Source of the DNA: Schmidtea nova
Lineage: Eukaryota
DNA: 64,000 bases
Assembly: GCA_044892505.1 (NCBI GenBank)
Contig: CM097882.1
Coordinates: 331,638,001-331,702,000 of the forward strand
Direction of reading: 5' to 3'
The translations under genes and the position numbers were made by a program. The notes beneath the pieces are model-generated. The model was not told the origin of the DNA, made no database searches, and saw only the letters and a list, made by a program, of their open reading frames with translations. How positions within the stretch are numbered: position 1 is the first letter of the stretch; every line of letters begins with the position of its first letter. Positions 25,043 through 37,014 of this stretch are shown one piece after another.

Positions 25043-25375
25043 TTAACTGAAGGGAGTCGGTGAATTTGTTAGGCATTGTTGATTCGAATACCAAATTGCC
25101 CATTCCGGAGAATTCGGACGACGGAATATGTCCCGTATATATTTTCTGATTGCATCCTGGCCTGTTACTTGGAATTTTACAAAATACTTTGGACAATTTG
25201 TCGGGTATTTGAAATCCACGTTGATTGGCCATTCGGCAATGCCATGCCAAATGATCTTGCCCGATCTATCTCTTTGGAGGCTAAACTTCGACTCCAAGCC
25301 CTCTCGTTGGAAAGCATCCTAGTGTTCAGTAAATATTTCCTGTGCCAGCTCCGTTAGGATTACCTTCAGTGACAT
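25043..25375 (-). pseudogene. ORF1-family protein with one TAG (copy H)
   Basis: MSLKVILTELAQEIFTEH*DAFQREGLESKFSLQRDRSGKIIWHGIAEWPINVDF...KYFVKF; start coordinate approximate. Confidence 0.75.
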
Positions 25376-25402
25376 TACAATGATAAGGTAGATTTTATAC
25401 AT

Positions 25403-28036
25403 TAGGGTGTCCCATAAAAATAAAAGTTTAAAAAGTCCTGCTCTCACCGGCTTAAAAGTTTCTCCTTGGCACCCTGATATCACTGGAAAATTTTCTTAAT
25501 TTTTCAAAAATATTTAAGGGTCCCCCAAGCATGCCAAACAATTATATATGCATGTTGCTAGCTAAAAAATAATAAAAGCGATACTTTTTAAAGACACTTG
25601 CCCAAATTTCTCACATTATTATCATGAGAACTACGCAGTAGTGTAGTACCATTTAAAAATAAAAGATTCACTTATAGACTTCATGTCTCTTCTCCAGATC
25701 CTACAATCTACATGTTCATAAGACTGTCACGGTTGCAGTTGGGGAACTGTTTGCGATGCTGCTCGACGACTTGCAGCAGATACTTCTTTTGAGCCTCATC
25801 TTTAGTTGTTGAATTGAAAATCTGTATCAAAGCAACACCTCTCTCAGCAACATCGTTAACACAAGCTACGTTGTGAATCATAGCTGCAGCTATCTGGTAG
25901 GATTCAGACTGTGACCATTCAGGAACGGAAATGTCAAGGAAACTGTCATCAATGCCAGTTGTGCTTAAGAAACTGCGTGAGATTTTTAGTTCAGCAATGC
26001 TGCTTGGCAATGTCTTCAACAGATGAGAGCCACGCTCATAAACCATGCTAGAAATCAGCTGAGATTTATGTTGCGATTATTCAATCACTTCTGTCGACAT
26101 CCCCTTTGGCGTATCATCATTTGAGTCCAATGTTCTGCAGACCGCTGTCATCATATCAGAAGAATGTCATTCATAGGTGCATCAGCAGCACTCTTGGCTG
26201 TGAACCATGACATAATGTAAATGTTGATGACAAATCTATTGAAGCGCTGTATACTCTGCAGCTGACGACCAGTCAATTTCAGCACGGTCTCATTGCCGTC
26301 GTACAGCAACTCCATTTTCATTGAGTAAATGGCCTTTTCCATCCAGTGTGCTCTATTCAGAGCACCAGGCTTTCTAATTGTAACTGTGACGTTAATACCA
26401 ACCAGCAATCCGGCCAAGATGAGAAATTCCTAGCATGAGTTTCTCATAACGTCACGACCAACGGCATACGTGCACCATTGATTGATTCAAGAGGATATCC
26501 TATGAGCCAAACTCTATCTTTACTTCTAGTATGTTCAACAGGAGCACTTAGTGCAGCCATAGTTTAATCACAATTACTGACATACACTATAAAAAATACT
26601 CATTTGTCACATAAATTATACGTAATGTGACAATACAAGACTTTACATAATGGACAGTTGGACACTGTAAACAGACATGTGACAGCAGGCTCGCAGTAAA
26701 TGCAGCAATCCGGCAGCAAATATTAAAATAATTACAAATTAAAATATTAAAATACTTCCAGTCTTCCAATCAACCAACTAGCAATAATATACTGTATTAT
26801 GGTTGGTTTTAGCGGTGGAATATGTGTTGATGTTAAAGTGTATGAAAGAAGAATATGTAGAGCCCAAAAGAGTCTCCCAAAACTTATTGTGGGGACAATT
26901 TGGTGTTTAATAAATATGTGGAGCGTGAGTGTACAATAACAAACAAACGAAACTAACTAGTTTATAAATTTTATTTAATAAGAAAAACGAATCAAGGACT
27001 ACTCAAGGTATTTGAATGTTTAGGATTATTTTGGTTCTCTGGTCCTTTAATTTTGGCTTTTTCCTTTGGTTAATTGAAATGTGAATTTTTTACTTTGTTG
27101 AATTTTCTTAATCAAGTAATATAAGAATTATAAAATATAAATCTTCTCAAAATAGGTTTTGTCTTCTTCAGTACTGGTTTCTCGGCAATTTAAAATGTTT
27201 ATCTTTTTTTATTTATTTCTTGACTTTGTCAGCTTTTAGATTAGCCTTGACAATTACTTTGGTTTTAGTTTGGATTCCTTTTACTAATTTTTAGTTTTCC
27301 AATCGACTTGATTAAATATTCAGTCTTCTAAATAGTCGTATTCTCTAATTAAATAACAAATCTTCTGGATATTAAATCTCCTAAATTGTCAAATTTTTTA
27401 TCGATTTATTTATTTTGTCATTAGTCTTACTATAGTAATTTGCTATAGTAAGCTAATTTAACATTCATAATTTAAATTTTTAATAATTATTATTACATAA
27501 TTATTATTAATAATAATTATTGCACATACAGTAAACTAAAAATAAACGACGGGGGGGAGGAACAGACTATAGGGGGAAATAAACAACGCGAATTGAGAAC
27601 ATTACATACTGCTAGTACAGATTGCCACTGATAATTGAACAGTTAAAAAGAAATTAACTAGAAGTGCAAGATTTGGTCAATGGGCATACTCAGCATACTG
27701 GCAATTCTGACATATGACAACATTGATGTTCCTACTAGTAAAAATTTCCAAGCAATTGTATTTTTATTAGTACAGTAAATACATTAATTAGTAAATACTG
27801 TTTGAATTGTGTTCAGAGAGTGGGTTTGAAATAATTTATTGTAGTTATGAGCTGGAGGAGAAATGATTAGCAGAATAAATTTTTTAAAAATAAAATACAA
27901 AATTTGACATGTCTTGGGGACCCCTAAATATTTTTTTAATTATGAAATTTTTCTTGTAACAATACCACCACAGAGAAACTTTTTGGCTGGTGAGACCCAG
28001 AAAATGTTAACTTTGCATATTTTGTGGGACACCCTA
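25403..28036 (-). mobile_element. hAT-related (probably hATm-type) transposon, internally decayed
   Basis: ~140-bp imperfect TIRs starting TAGGGTGTCCCA; 8-bp TSD TTATACAT; transposase motifs PGALNRAHWMEKAIY and VNDVAERGVALI. Confidence 0.85.
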
Positions 28037-28701
28037 TTATACATAGGTTCCGAAAGTCGGTTGCTTTCCATCGTTGATAAATGGCTCTTTCTACATTAAC
28101 GCTTCCTGAGTCCTGATAAATATACAAGAGAGGTTGAGTTTTTTCGGCATGATAAATATCCTCCTATTGTATTATTAATATTTGTCGTAACTTTGTAGCT
28201 ACCAATACTAAGTAATTTCCTTCAGTTTCTTCCCATACTGATAACTAATTTTTATTTTATATTTGCAGTTTTCTTTGTTTTACTTCGTCTATTAATTTCT
28301 TTTATTTCACCTGAAGATTGGTAGATTTAGGGTTCACATTTTCACTTTCGATTTTTATGACAATTATTATCACCACGATACTCAAGATTATGAATAGTCA
28401 TATAATATTGTCGTTATTAATGTTTTTTTTTCATTATGATCTTGATTATCTTCTGTAACCACTGTCATTTGTTTATTTTTATACTTTCTTTTAATGAAAA
28501 TTAATAAGTTTGAGAATTAATGTGTAATTATAAATCTTTACAATATTATTATGCACTCGTGTTTGAATTTCATTGAATACATGTTCGAGTATGAATTCTG
28601 TCCAATCTGATAAAAATAACCTACCGATTTTCAGAAATATGTATTTATTTTGAAAAGAACCGCAAATCTAAAATTATTTATTATTGTAAATTAATTTTTT
28701 A

Positions 28702-28947
28702 TTACCTTCTGCACGTTCCAATTAGATTTGTTTTTCCTATAGAAAAGTTTCTCTGACAAATGTTTTCCAATTTACCAGTTGATTTAAGTAACTCTACATT
28801 AGGTTTCAGACAATTTGTTCTGTCATACTTCCTGTTATGGAAGCTTTTTGGCTTTTTAGGATATATGATGAAATAAATTCGTCCTCTGAATGACACCAGA
28901 GATTCATCAATATAGATAATATGTCTAATTAGCTCGGTCCAGTTCAC
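28702..28947 (-). pseudogene. piggyBac transposase fragment
   Basis: IYIDESLVSFRGR...YPKKP. Confidence 0.65.
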
Positions 28948-29177
28948 TGAAAAATGTCAAAGATTCAACAATGTAGAGCCTATTGCAATTCAAACAATTA
29001 CAAGATCTCATAATTTATATTATTTTCAGGGATTAAATATTTTCCTAACTCGATCAATAATATTTTAAAGCTTTCGTAAAGCACACTATTTTCAGAGTTG
29101 TCATTCATCTAAAACAGAAATTTTTCATGTATAATTTACGAAATGTGTGTTTTTAAAAAAACAAATATCAGGATTAA

Positions 29178-29933
29178 CCCATCCAGGATGGGCGTACTAT
29201 ATATAGTAACTCAAATATCTTGAGAACGGATTAACAATTTTTTTATTTAGGAATCATTTGAAAGATAATTAAAAGATGCACATTTTGCACATTTTTTTCC
29301 TATTGTAAAATTACATCCTGTTCAAAAAATCAATAAATTGAGAAGTTTTTATAAAAAAAGTTTTATTTTGAATTTTATATCTGAAATGAATAATTCTAAC
29401 TCTACTATTTCTGAATTTTTTTGTGATGAAGATTCTGGTTCTGAAACTGAAATCGAAGATTATTCAGATTCAGGTAGTGAAAATTAATCAAATTTATCAA
29501 GTTCAGATGGTTTTGATGGTCATTTTCACCCTAAACAATGGAATTTTACATTAATCCAGGTGTAAATTCAGAAATTCAATTAGATTGTTTTTTTCAATTG
29601 ATTATTTTGAACAATTCTTCGATGAAGAATTTATAAATGATATTGTTATTCAAATAAATACTTATCATCAAGTGTTCAAATCAAGAATATTCAAATAGTG
29701 CTCCTTGGTATGATACAAGTTCGAGTGAAATGTATGTGTTTATCAGTGTAATCCTGCTAATGGGAATAGTGAAAAAGCCGTGTATCAAAGATTATTGGTC
29801 AACAAACCCATTACTTGAAGCTTCAATGATACCTAAGATGTTTACAAGAAACAGATTCTTAGCTATACTTCGCTATACTTTTTGAATAAAAAACACTTAT
29901 TTTTTTAAAAAACTTTTTAAAAAACTTTAAGGG
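29178..29933 (+). mobile_element. piggyBac deletion derivative
   Basis: TTAA|CCC...GGG|TTAA; internal FEQFFDEEF...LMGIVKKPCIKDYWST...MFTRNRFLAILRY. Confidence 0.85.
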
Positions 29934-30276
29934 TTAATGACTTTCAAAGTTATAATTTGAAAATATATTCATTATTCAAAATATCATAGAAATATATTAA
30001 TTTCATTCATCTTTTCAATGATTTTTATTAATCCTATTACTTTTCAGCTTAATTATTTCATACTTTTTGATTTCTTTACCTACTTTTTATTAACTTTGTA
30101 TATTTCTGTTATTTATTCTTTTCTGGGTAACCGCTTTATCTAAACTTTGGCTCATTCTTAGATTTGTATTATTGATTTATTAAAGAAAATTGGGGTTCTA
30201 ACCTAACAAACAATTTAAAATCACCACTTTTCAAAATAAAGTATTTGTTTTCTTGCATCTTATCTTTATACTTTGG

Positions 30277-33027
30277 CAGAGGCGTAGCGAGACTATGCGG
30301 CGCCCGGGCAAGGTTTACATTTGGCGCCCTCTCACACATACACAAAACTTGTAACATAGGGATAGGAGAGTAATTGGGTGACAGAATTAATAACTCCAAT
30401 AATCCATTATCATGCATGAAAGAGTTATGTAAATTTAAACTATTATACAACCACATTTTTATAATATTATTTATCTCAATTACAGTATAAACTATGTAAT
30501 AAATTTTAACCGCCCTTTCAAAGCGTCTTCATACTGGCAACATTCATTTTTCTTGCCTTCACACCCAAAAACTTGTCAATTAAATCATCAACAGTCTATC
30601 TTTTCTATAGTTTCTTTCTCTATAATGAAGAGCGCGAGATCGCAGAGACGATCTTGTCCCATCAACAGTCTTAAATATGAAAGAATAAGCTTCAACTTAC
30701 TGAAGGAACGCTCATAACTGGTTATTGACACTGCAACTGTTAAGAGAATTTGTAAAGCAATTCACAAATTTGGAAAATTGTCGTCCCCATAAGACACAAT
30801 GAAAGTAATAAAATCCAAATGGGTCAATGTAAAACATTACCTCTCGTAGTTAGCAGCATTTTACATTACAGCAGCATTTTACAAATTTCGTTGAATGGTT
30901 CGCTCCTATTTACGTCAGTGTCATAAAAGTTTGTAAGGTCAACGCAATCTTTGCGAAGAAAAGTCATATCTCTTGAAAAGAATCTGAACATCCAATAAAA
31001 ATCCAAATTTTGAATCCAACTCATTGAGACGAATGAATCTAGTTGCCATTTCTTGTTGAAGTCAATCTATAACACTTTTTAGAACACACATAATTTCCTC
31101 TTCTACAGGAAACCCGACATCTCGAGCCAACTCTCCTGACATTTGTCTTCTCCCCCTCATTCGGCGTTGAACTTCTATGTCCCATTCTGCGCATCTAGTC
31201 TTAGCACTTTCAACTGCACACTCACAAATCATCGCGTGTTGAGGTAATATGAATTTCCAATGCTTTGAGATCAGATGCTGCATCCTTGAATTTCATGGTA
31301 GGGTACTGAAGACGTTTCTGAACCCGATCAATTCTTCGCAGGATATCAATCCAGAAATGCAGCAACACAAGAAAATTGAATTCCAAAATATTCGCTAGCA
31401 ACCTTTCTGCATCAGTTTTAGTATCGTTTGACTGATTCCTATCATCTGATAGTGTCTCTAGCAGTTTTACTAGTTTATGTAACCCCTCATAGATTGCTTT
31501 GACGGCCATAATACTTGTTTTTTCTTATGTCACTCAACAAATGATTCCTTACAGTAGATGTTGGAATGTTGATAAATTCCTTTTGGATTTGTGGTGACAG
31601 ATAGGATACTGACCCTGGATTTTCTGTTGCGTGTCTTAGGTGATTTGCTAAAAGTGGATCATATTGAGGAATGACTTTGAGGAGAGACAGAAAATTTCCA
31701 GCCTTTGTTGCATCATCGCTAATTAAACTTTCCTTATGGCCGCGCAATGGGATATTTTGAAAGTCAAGAAACTTTATACAACTAAGGAAACGTTTCAAAA
31801 CAGCACGCCATCTTTGTTTTTCTGTTTGAACTTCTGTATTTATTCATTTTCTATTGATAATCCTCCGCTCTGGTTCTTTCCTTGCAGTAAATGACTTACG
31901 GTAGGTTAAGCTGTTCTCATGAGCCACAAAATTTTCAGGACTTTTCTACTTTTTAAAGCCACCAGTCAATACAAAGGAATATCGATAATTAGTAGCCGTC
32001 GAAAGAAACAGCAAACCATAGAAACAATAAGCAGCATCCTATTTCAGGGAATAAATTAACTAAGATCGATTTACTTCCTCTCCATTAGCAAGTTTGCGCT
32101 TGAAAAACCAAGTTTTCATTGAGCGTCCACGAATCAACGTAAACGAGCCTTTTGTGTATTGAAATACTGAAGCTCCACAGGTTATCAGTTCAGTGAGAAG
32201 TTTATGTGACACTACTACTAGTTGTGACTTTTGGTCGAATTCTAAGTAACCAATGTCATAATCATCACCATCGTTACGTCCTCCGTTGTTTTAACTAGAC
32301 CTATTGGCGTCATCTTCAACGTTATTGTTTTCGTGATTTGAAATTTCGTCATTGCTTACGCAGTACAATTGGTTCATCTACAATTGTAGTTTGTGGTTGA
32401 GCCTTTGCTTTTTAATAAATCTTTCCATTAAGTGACTACTATATTTTGCTTCATTTTCTCTAGCGATTTTCCTCTTCTTACCTTGAGCCCTACTTAGTTT
32501 TTTTCCAGACATTTCTGAATAAAAAAAAATTTTAAAATATCAAGATAAAAAACTAAGTCTTTACATTTATATTTACACTTAGGCCTATCCTGCACATATT
32601 TTAAAAATATAATAACATTTACCCACGCATATGTTATGTTTATTTATCAGTTTAAAAATTGGACAAATGTCCATTCCAAAAGTTTTGTAACACTCATCTT
32701 GAATAACTGATGCTGATGCAGGCGGCGCCGTGGCAGTTGAATGATAACTGACTAAATTAATGAGTCGGATGACGGATAAATCGCTGCCAGCTATTCAAGT
32801 TGCAACACTATATAATAGGCTGTCTGGCTATGCAGCCTGTGCTATCAAAATATGCTTTAATATATTGATGAAAACTTAAGGAAAGCAAACTATACTTTTT
32901 GTTTTTTTTGTAATTTATAAAATTAAGTCGAGAATAAATATTAAATAACATTAATTATATATGATCCTCAGGCTCTTTTGGCGCCTCCAAGACTGTGCGC
33001 CCTCTTTGCCCCCTCGCTACACCACTG
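30277..33027 (-). mobile_element. hAT transposon (Tip100/ZMYM1-like), pseudogenised
   Basis: TIRs CAGAGGCGTAGCGAG / CAGTGGTGTAGCGAG; LIYS..DAAYCF finger, YLSPQIQKEFI, ERSFSKLKLILSYLR. No matching TSD. Confidence 0.85.
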
Positions 33028-33202
33028 CTGAGTAGCTAAAATCCATATCTATGGACCATTCAGCGCTCTAATGCCAGATAATCTCATCTGGACTGTCTCT
33101 ATGGAGACTGAAATCTGGTGAAATCCCGTACAGAGCGAAATCTTGCTGGTGCTCATTAAAAATCTTCTGAGCCAAATCGGCGGGAATCGCTTTTAACGGC
33201 AT
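33028..33202 (-). pseudogene. ORF1-family protein truncated by the adjacent hAT (copy L)
   Basis: MPLKAIPADLAQKIFNEHQQDFALYGISPDFSLHRDSPDEIIWH*SAEWSIDMDFSYS. Not in the ORF track. Confidence 0.8.
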
Positions 33203-33221
33203 TGCAATGACGAGATAATTA

Positions 33222-33584
33222 TCAGGTATTGCGCTCCGGAATCATTGAGTCTTCTGTTAAAGTTAGCAACTCTCTCCTAACCCAGTTCCATTTGAAATCC
33301 TGGTAGTGCAAAGGAACATATCTACTTTCTACGGAATTATGGTTTAATATCAATGATATCAATGATTTAATATCAACTATTCGCTTTTTTATTTCCGGCG
33401 TAATCACGAGTATGGAACGGCCATTGTCATGCCAAATCAGTGAGCTTCCGTTCGGATATTGTCTGATGTAAAAATTAATTTGCTGTAAAAATAATTTTGG
33501 CAGAGTTGAACAAAAAAACCTGTTTACTCGCTGTTTTATGTTTCCTGCCCTCATCGTACTTTTAATGGATTCAATTTTTATCAA
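33222..33584 (-). CDS. Orphan ORF, possible remote ORF1 paralogue
   Basis: 120 aa; FYIRQYPNGSSLIWHD resembles IYRDSPDHIIWF; ends 20 nt upstream of the clear ORF1 copy. Confidence 0.45.
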   Translation of the reverse strand: MIKIESIKSTMRAGNIKQRVNRFFCSTLPKLFLQQINFYIRQYPNGSSLIWHDNGRSILVITPEIKKRIVDIKSLISLILNHNSVESRYVPLHYQDFKWNWVRRELLTLTEDSMIPERNT

Positions 33585-33871
33585 ATAAAAAGGGCCTCCT
33601 ATTTCTCATTTTCGTCCATTAAAATTTAGCGATTCATAGACAATGAGTTTCCTGTTTAGGGATACAGGCAATAGATAATAATTTTCGCTGAAAAACGGGA
33701 GTTTGAGCTTTTGCGAATGATATTTAATACATAATTCGGATGATTATCGGCATATATTGAAAATTGAGTCGATATTAATACATTTGTGAATGGGTTTTCA
33801 TGTTTAGCTTTTCAGTCTATTTGTTTATACCTGAAATGGTTGAGCCGCTTACTACGGGGTGGTATGATTGT

Positions 33872-34800
33872 TGTTGGGCTGAGCAATCCACACTAAAAGG
33901 ACAAAGTAAATTAAAAATAACTCTAGAAATATAAAAATAAAACCTACCGTTTGAGCTAAAAATGATCTAGAACAAATAACATAAAAAATGAATTAGATCA
34001 AAATTAAATCACCATTCCTGAGAAAATGGTAGAATAATGAAAACTGGAGGCGAGGGCGGAGATATAAAATAAAAATATAAAAAATTACAGAGAAATTGCA
34101 CCATTTAAAGTACAATTAATTGATTTATTACCTGCACCTTGATCCAGCTGATGGAATTTCTAAAATTAAAATAGATAAACAAGATAAACAGGATAAAATA
34201 AATAAAAAAATTACTGTATACCAGTCGGTAGAATGGATCTGATTGGTCAAATAAAAGACCCGAATTGGTATAAATACCAGTGTCAGATCACTGAGAATCA
34301 GAATTTCTAGTTGTTACCATTATACTTGTTTCGAGAAAATTTTGTAAAGAAATTTTGACAATAAAAGGTATTATTCTTATTTTGTTCAATTCATTTGGTT
34401 AAACCCTCATGATTTCATTCCGGGAAAATTATTAAGGTTAAGCCCTTGTGGTTTCTGACCCCAGGGTTTCCGTCCTTTCGGTCGTGATCCTTCGGGATTG
34501 CGCCAATGCGGTGAATTGCACTAAACGTGTAAATAGGGAGGGAGTGGCACATAGGTCATGAATTTTCACATTTGGAAGTGTAAGAGGAATCTCATCCAAA
34601 TTAGGTGAATTTTTCAAGTCAGCTATTTAACGATCCTAGTCAGGGTTACGGTCACAGTTATTTGCATTAGACAATTGTAAACTTTATAAGCAACATCTTT
34701 TTAGGTGATTCTAATCTATCCATCGGGACGCCATTCCGATTGACACTAAAAGAGGTTAATTTAGTTATTGAAAAGCGATTTCCGAATTGGGTTTGTGAAT
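33872..34800 (+). mobile_element. 5' fragment of a TG..CA element (copy G); right boundary approximate
   Basis: Starts TGTTGGGCTG; A-rich leader; GATTGG 34241, TATAAATA 34269; aaaccctcatgat shared with copy D. No 3' module found. Confidence 0.65.
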
Positions 34801-35614
34801 GTTGCACTGGAAAGAATGATTAGGTTTCCGATCTGATTATCGACAATACGGTGATTTTCCCGTAGTAACTACGGACCATTCCTGACAACGATCCGTAATC
34901 CTCAAAAATGTTTCTAGAAATCAGACGTTGCCTTCCCCTGAATATTATCTTTCCATGAGGCAATAAGTGAGGGGATTGAGTTGGAGTGGCTTTCCCAGCC
35001 AGGATTAGCGATATTTCAGACGATTCAGAACACCAGTAGTAGGACGACCCTTATGATCAAACTGAATCGTTTTGGGTACCATTAAATTCAAAACGCACAA
35101 AAAATCGGTGAATTCATAATTATGTTCCACGATCGCGAATTGATGAAAGTTTTCTAATATTTCACGGATAAATATAACCAATACATCAGTTGTTATCTCA
35201 TGAAACCTACGATAATAGTTTCGTCGAATGTTTAGACATAACTAGAGACTCGCAAATAAGGCAATCGTCAACTATGCGGAATCCACATCCGGTGATCGTC
35301 TACTTCGATCGATTTTCGCATTAGATATTTACTGAAAACCTTATTTAAAATCATATTAAATTCTATTGGTGAAGATTTAACTTTTATAGGGATAACCAAG
35401 AAAGTGCTATGAATTCTTCCGAACTCAATGTTCGCTGCGGTTACGTCAGAAGACTCGGACATTCTTCTAGTGCCGAATATAGTGTTTTAACTTATGCATT
35501 TAGTCTATTTAAATGGAGGCAGTGTTTTCCAATCATACACATTATCCTGTTTGAATTACTTTTGAATTACTGTTTCAAAGTAAACTGTGGTGTCATAAAT
35601 TATTAACCTGTTAA

Positions 35615-35829
35615 CCTGGCTCTTCTGTAATTGAATTGCTAAAGACGTACCTGCAACGGGAGATTAATCATAGGCTGTAACGTATTATTACCGCCCACTC
35701 GATGTATGTTTATTCTTTTAAATATCTGTACTGTTCATGTTAGTAATCAATAAATAATTAACATATGTTATCATATGTTATCATATGGCATTTTTTGCTT
35801 GGAAGTACATAATAATACGCCCAGCCCGG
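35615..35829. mobile_element. Possible piggyBac-like MITE
   Basis: TTAA|CCTGGCT...AGCCCGG|TTAA; short imperfect TIR. Confidence 0.45.
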
Positions 35830-36860
35830 TTAACAAGATGATTTTTCCAATTATTCTGTCAAATTTTTATATGTAGATTTTTATTCTGATGAAATCTATC
35901 AAGCATCTGATTTGGCTATGAAATTTATTTAGCTATGCTAAAATTGAAAATGTAAGATATTTACTCTAAAATAATGGCCAGTCTGGTATTAGTCGATAAA
36001 TTTTAGTTATTATGCTTTCAATTCTCAGGACTAGTGAATTAATTGGGAATTTTTTGCAATGACAAATTATAAAACATACACATTAAATATATTTTATTTT
36101 AAATTACAAAAATTTAATGCATATTTAAAATATTATACATATTAAAATTTATATTTAAATTCAAAAATATGTCCATATTGTGATGATTTTGGATAATTAG
36201 TTGAAGAATGATTGATAAATTTGGTCGAACCACAATGTTCTGATATATTCATTTTTTCTTAATAAATAATTTACTAATCAATAAAATGGTTCATTACATA
36301 TGAAATATAATTATCTTCCTCACTTCTAAAAGCGAATTGAATAAAATATTTTAACAAAATACAGTTGTTATATTTTGATTATGTAAATAATTTTATCATT
36401 AAAATATTAGAAAACATTTAGAACAATTATAGTTTTTCTGAATATTTTATAAATATTTTTACTACAATGATACCAGTAGATTCTATTACATCTTCAGTGG
36501 TTCTTTTTTCTATAAATTTTTTATTTTTTCTTGGAAGGTTATTATTAGATTTTAGCCTTATAATTGAATAACTTTACATTAAGTGGTTGATTCTGGCTCT
36601 TATTGTAAAACTCACTTTTATTTTTTATAGTGTAGTGTGTGCACTTCTTTCTGACAGTTTTGTGTCTCTAATGGTTTTTGTGATTATCTGAGTTTAGAAT
36701 TTAGTTGGATTATTGAATTTTTTTGCTAAAAGATTCATTTAAATTTGTTTATCATTTTTTTTGTTGATTTGTCAAAGTGAATAAAGAGTTTTAGATTTAG
36801 AAGGAAATTAAAAATAAACGCTGTTTTATTAGTTTTGATTTTCAAATTAAAAAAATTGTA

Positions 36861-37014
36861 GATGAAGATGTTGAAAACGGATCTGGTATGTGCAAAGCTG
36901 GTTTCGCTGGATATGATGTGTGCATTTCCATATATTGTTGGTTGATTTTGTCATCAAGGTGTTATTGTCGGTATGGGACAGAAAGACATTTATTTTGGCG
37001 ATGAAGGTCAATCA
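36861..37014 (+). pseudogene. Actin N-terminal fragment with deletions, frameshift and stops
   Basis: ENGSGMCKAGFAGYD / FPYIVG*FCHQGVIVGMGQKDIYFGDEGQS. Confidence 0.9.
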
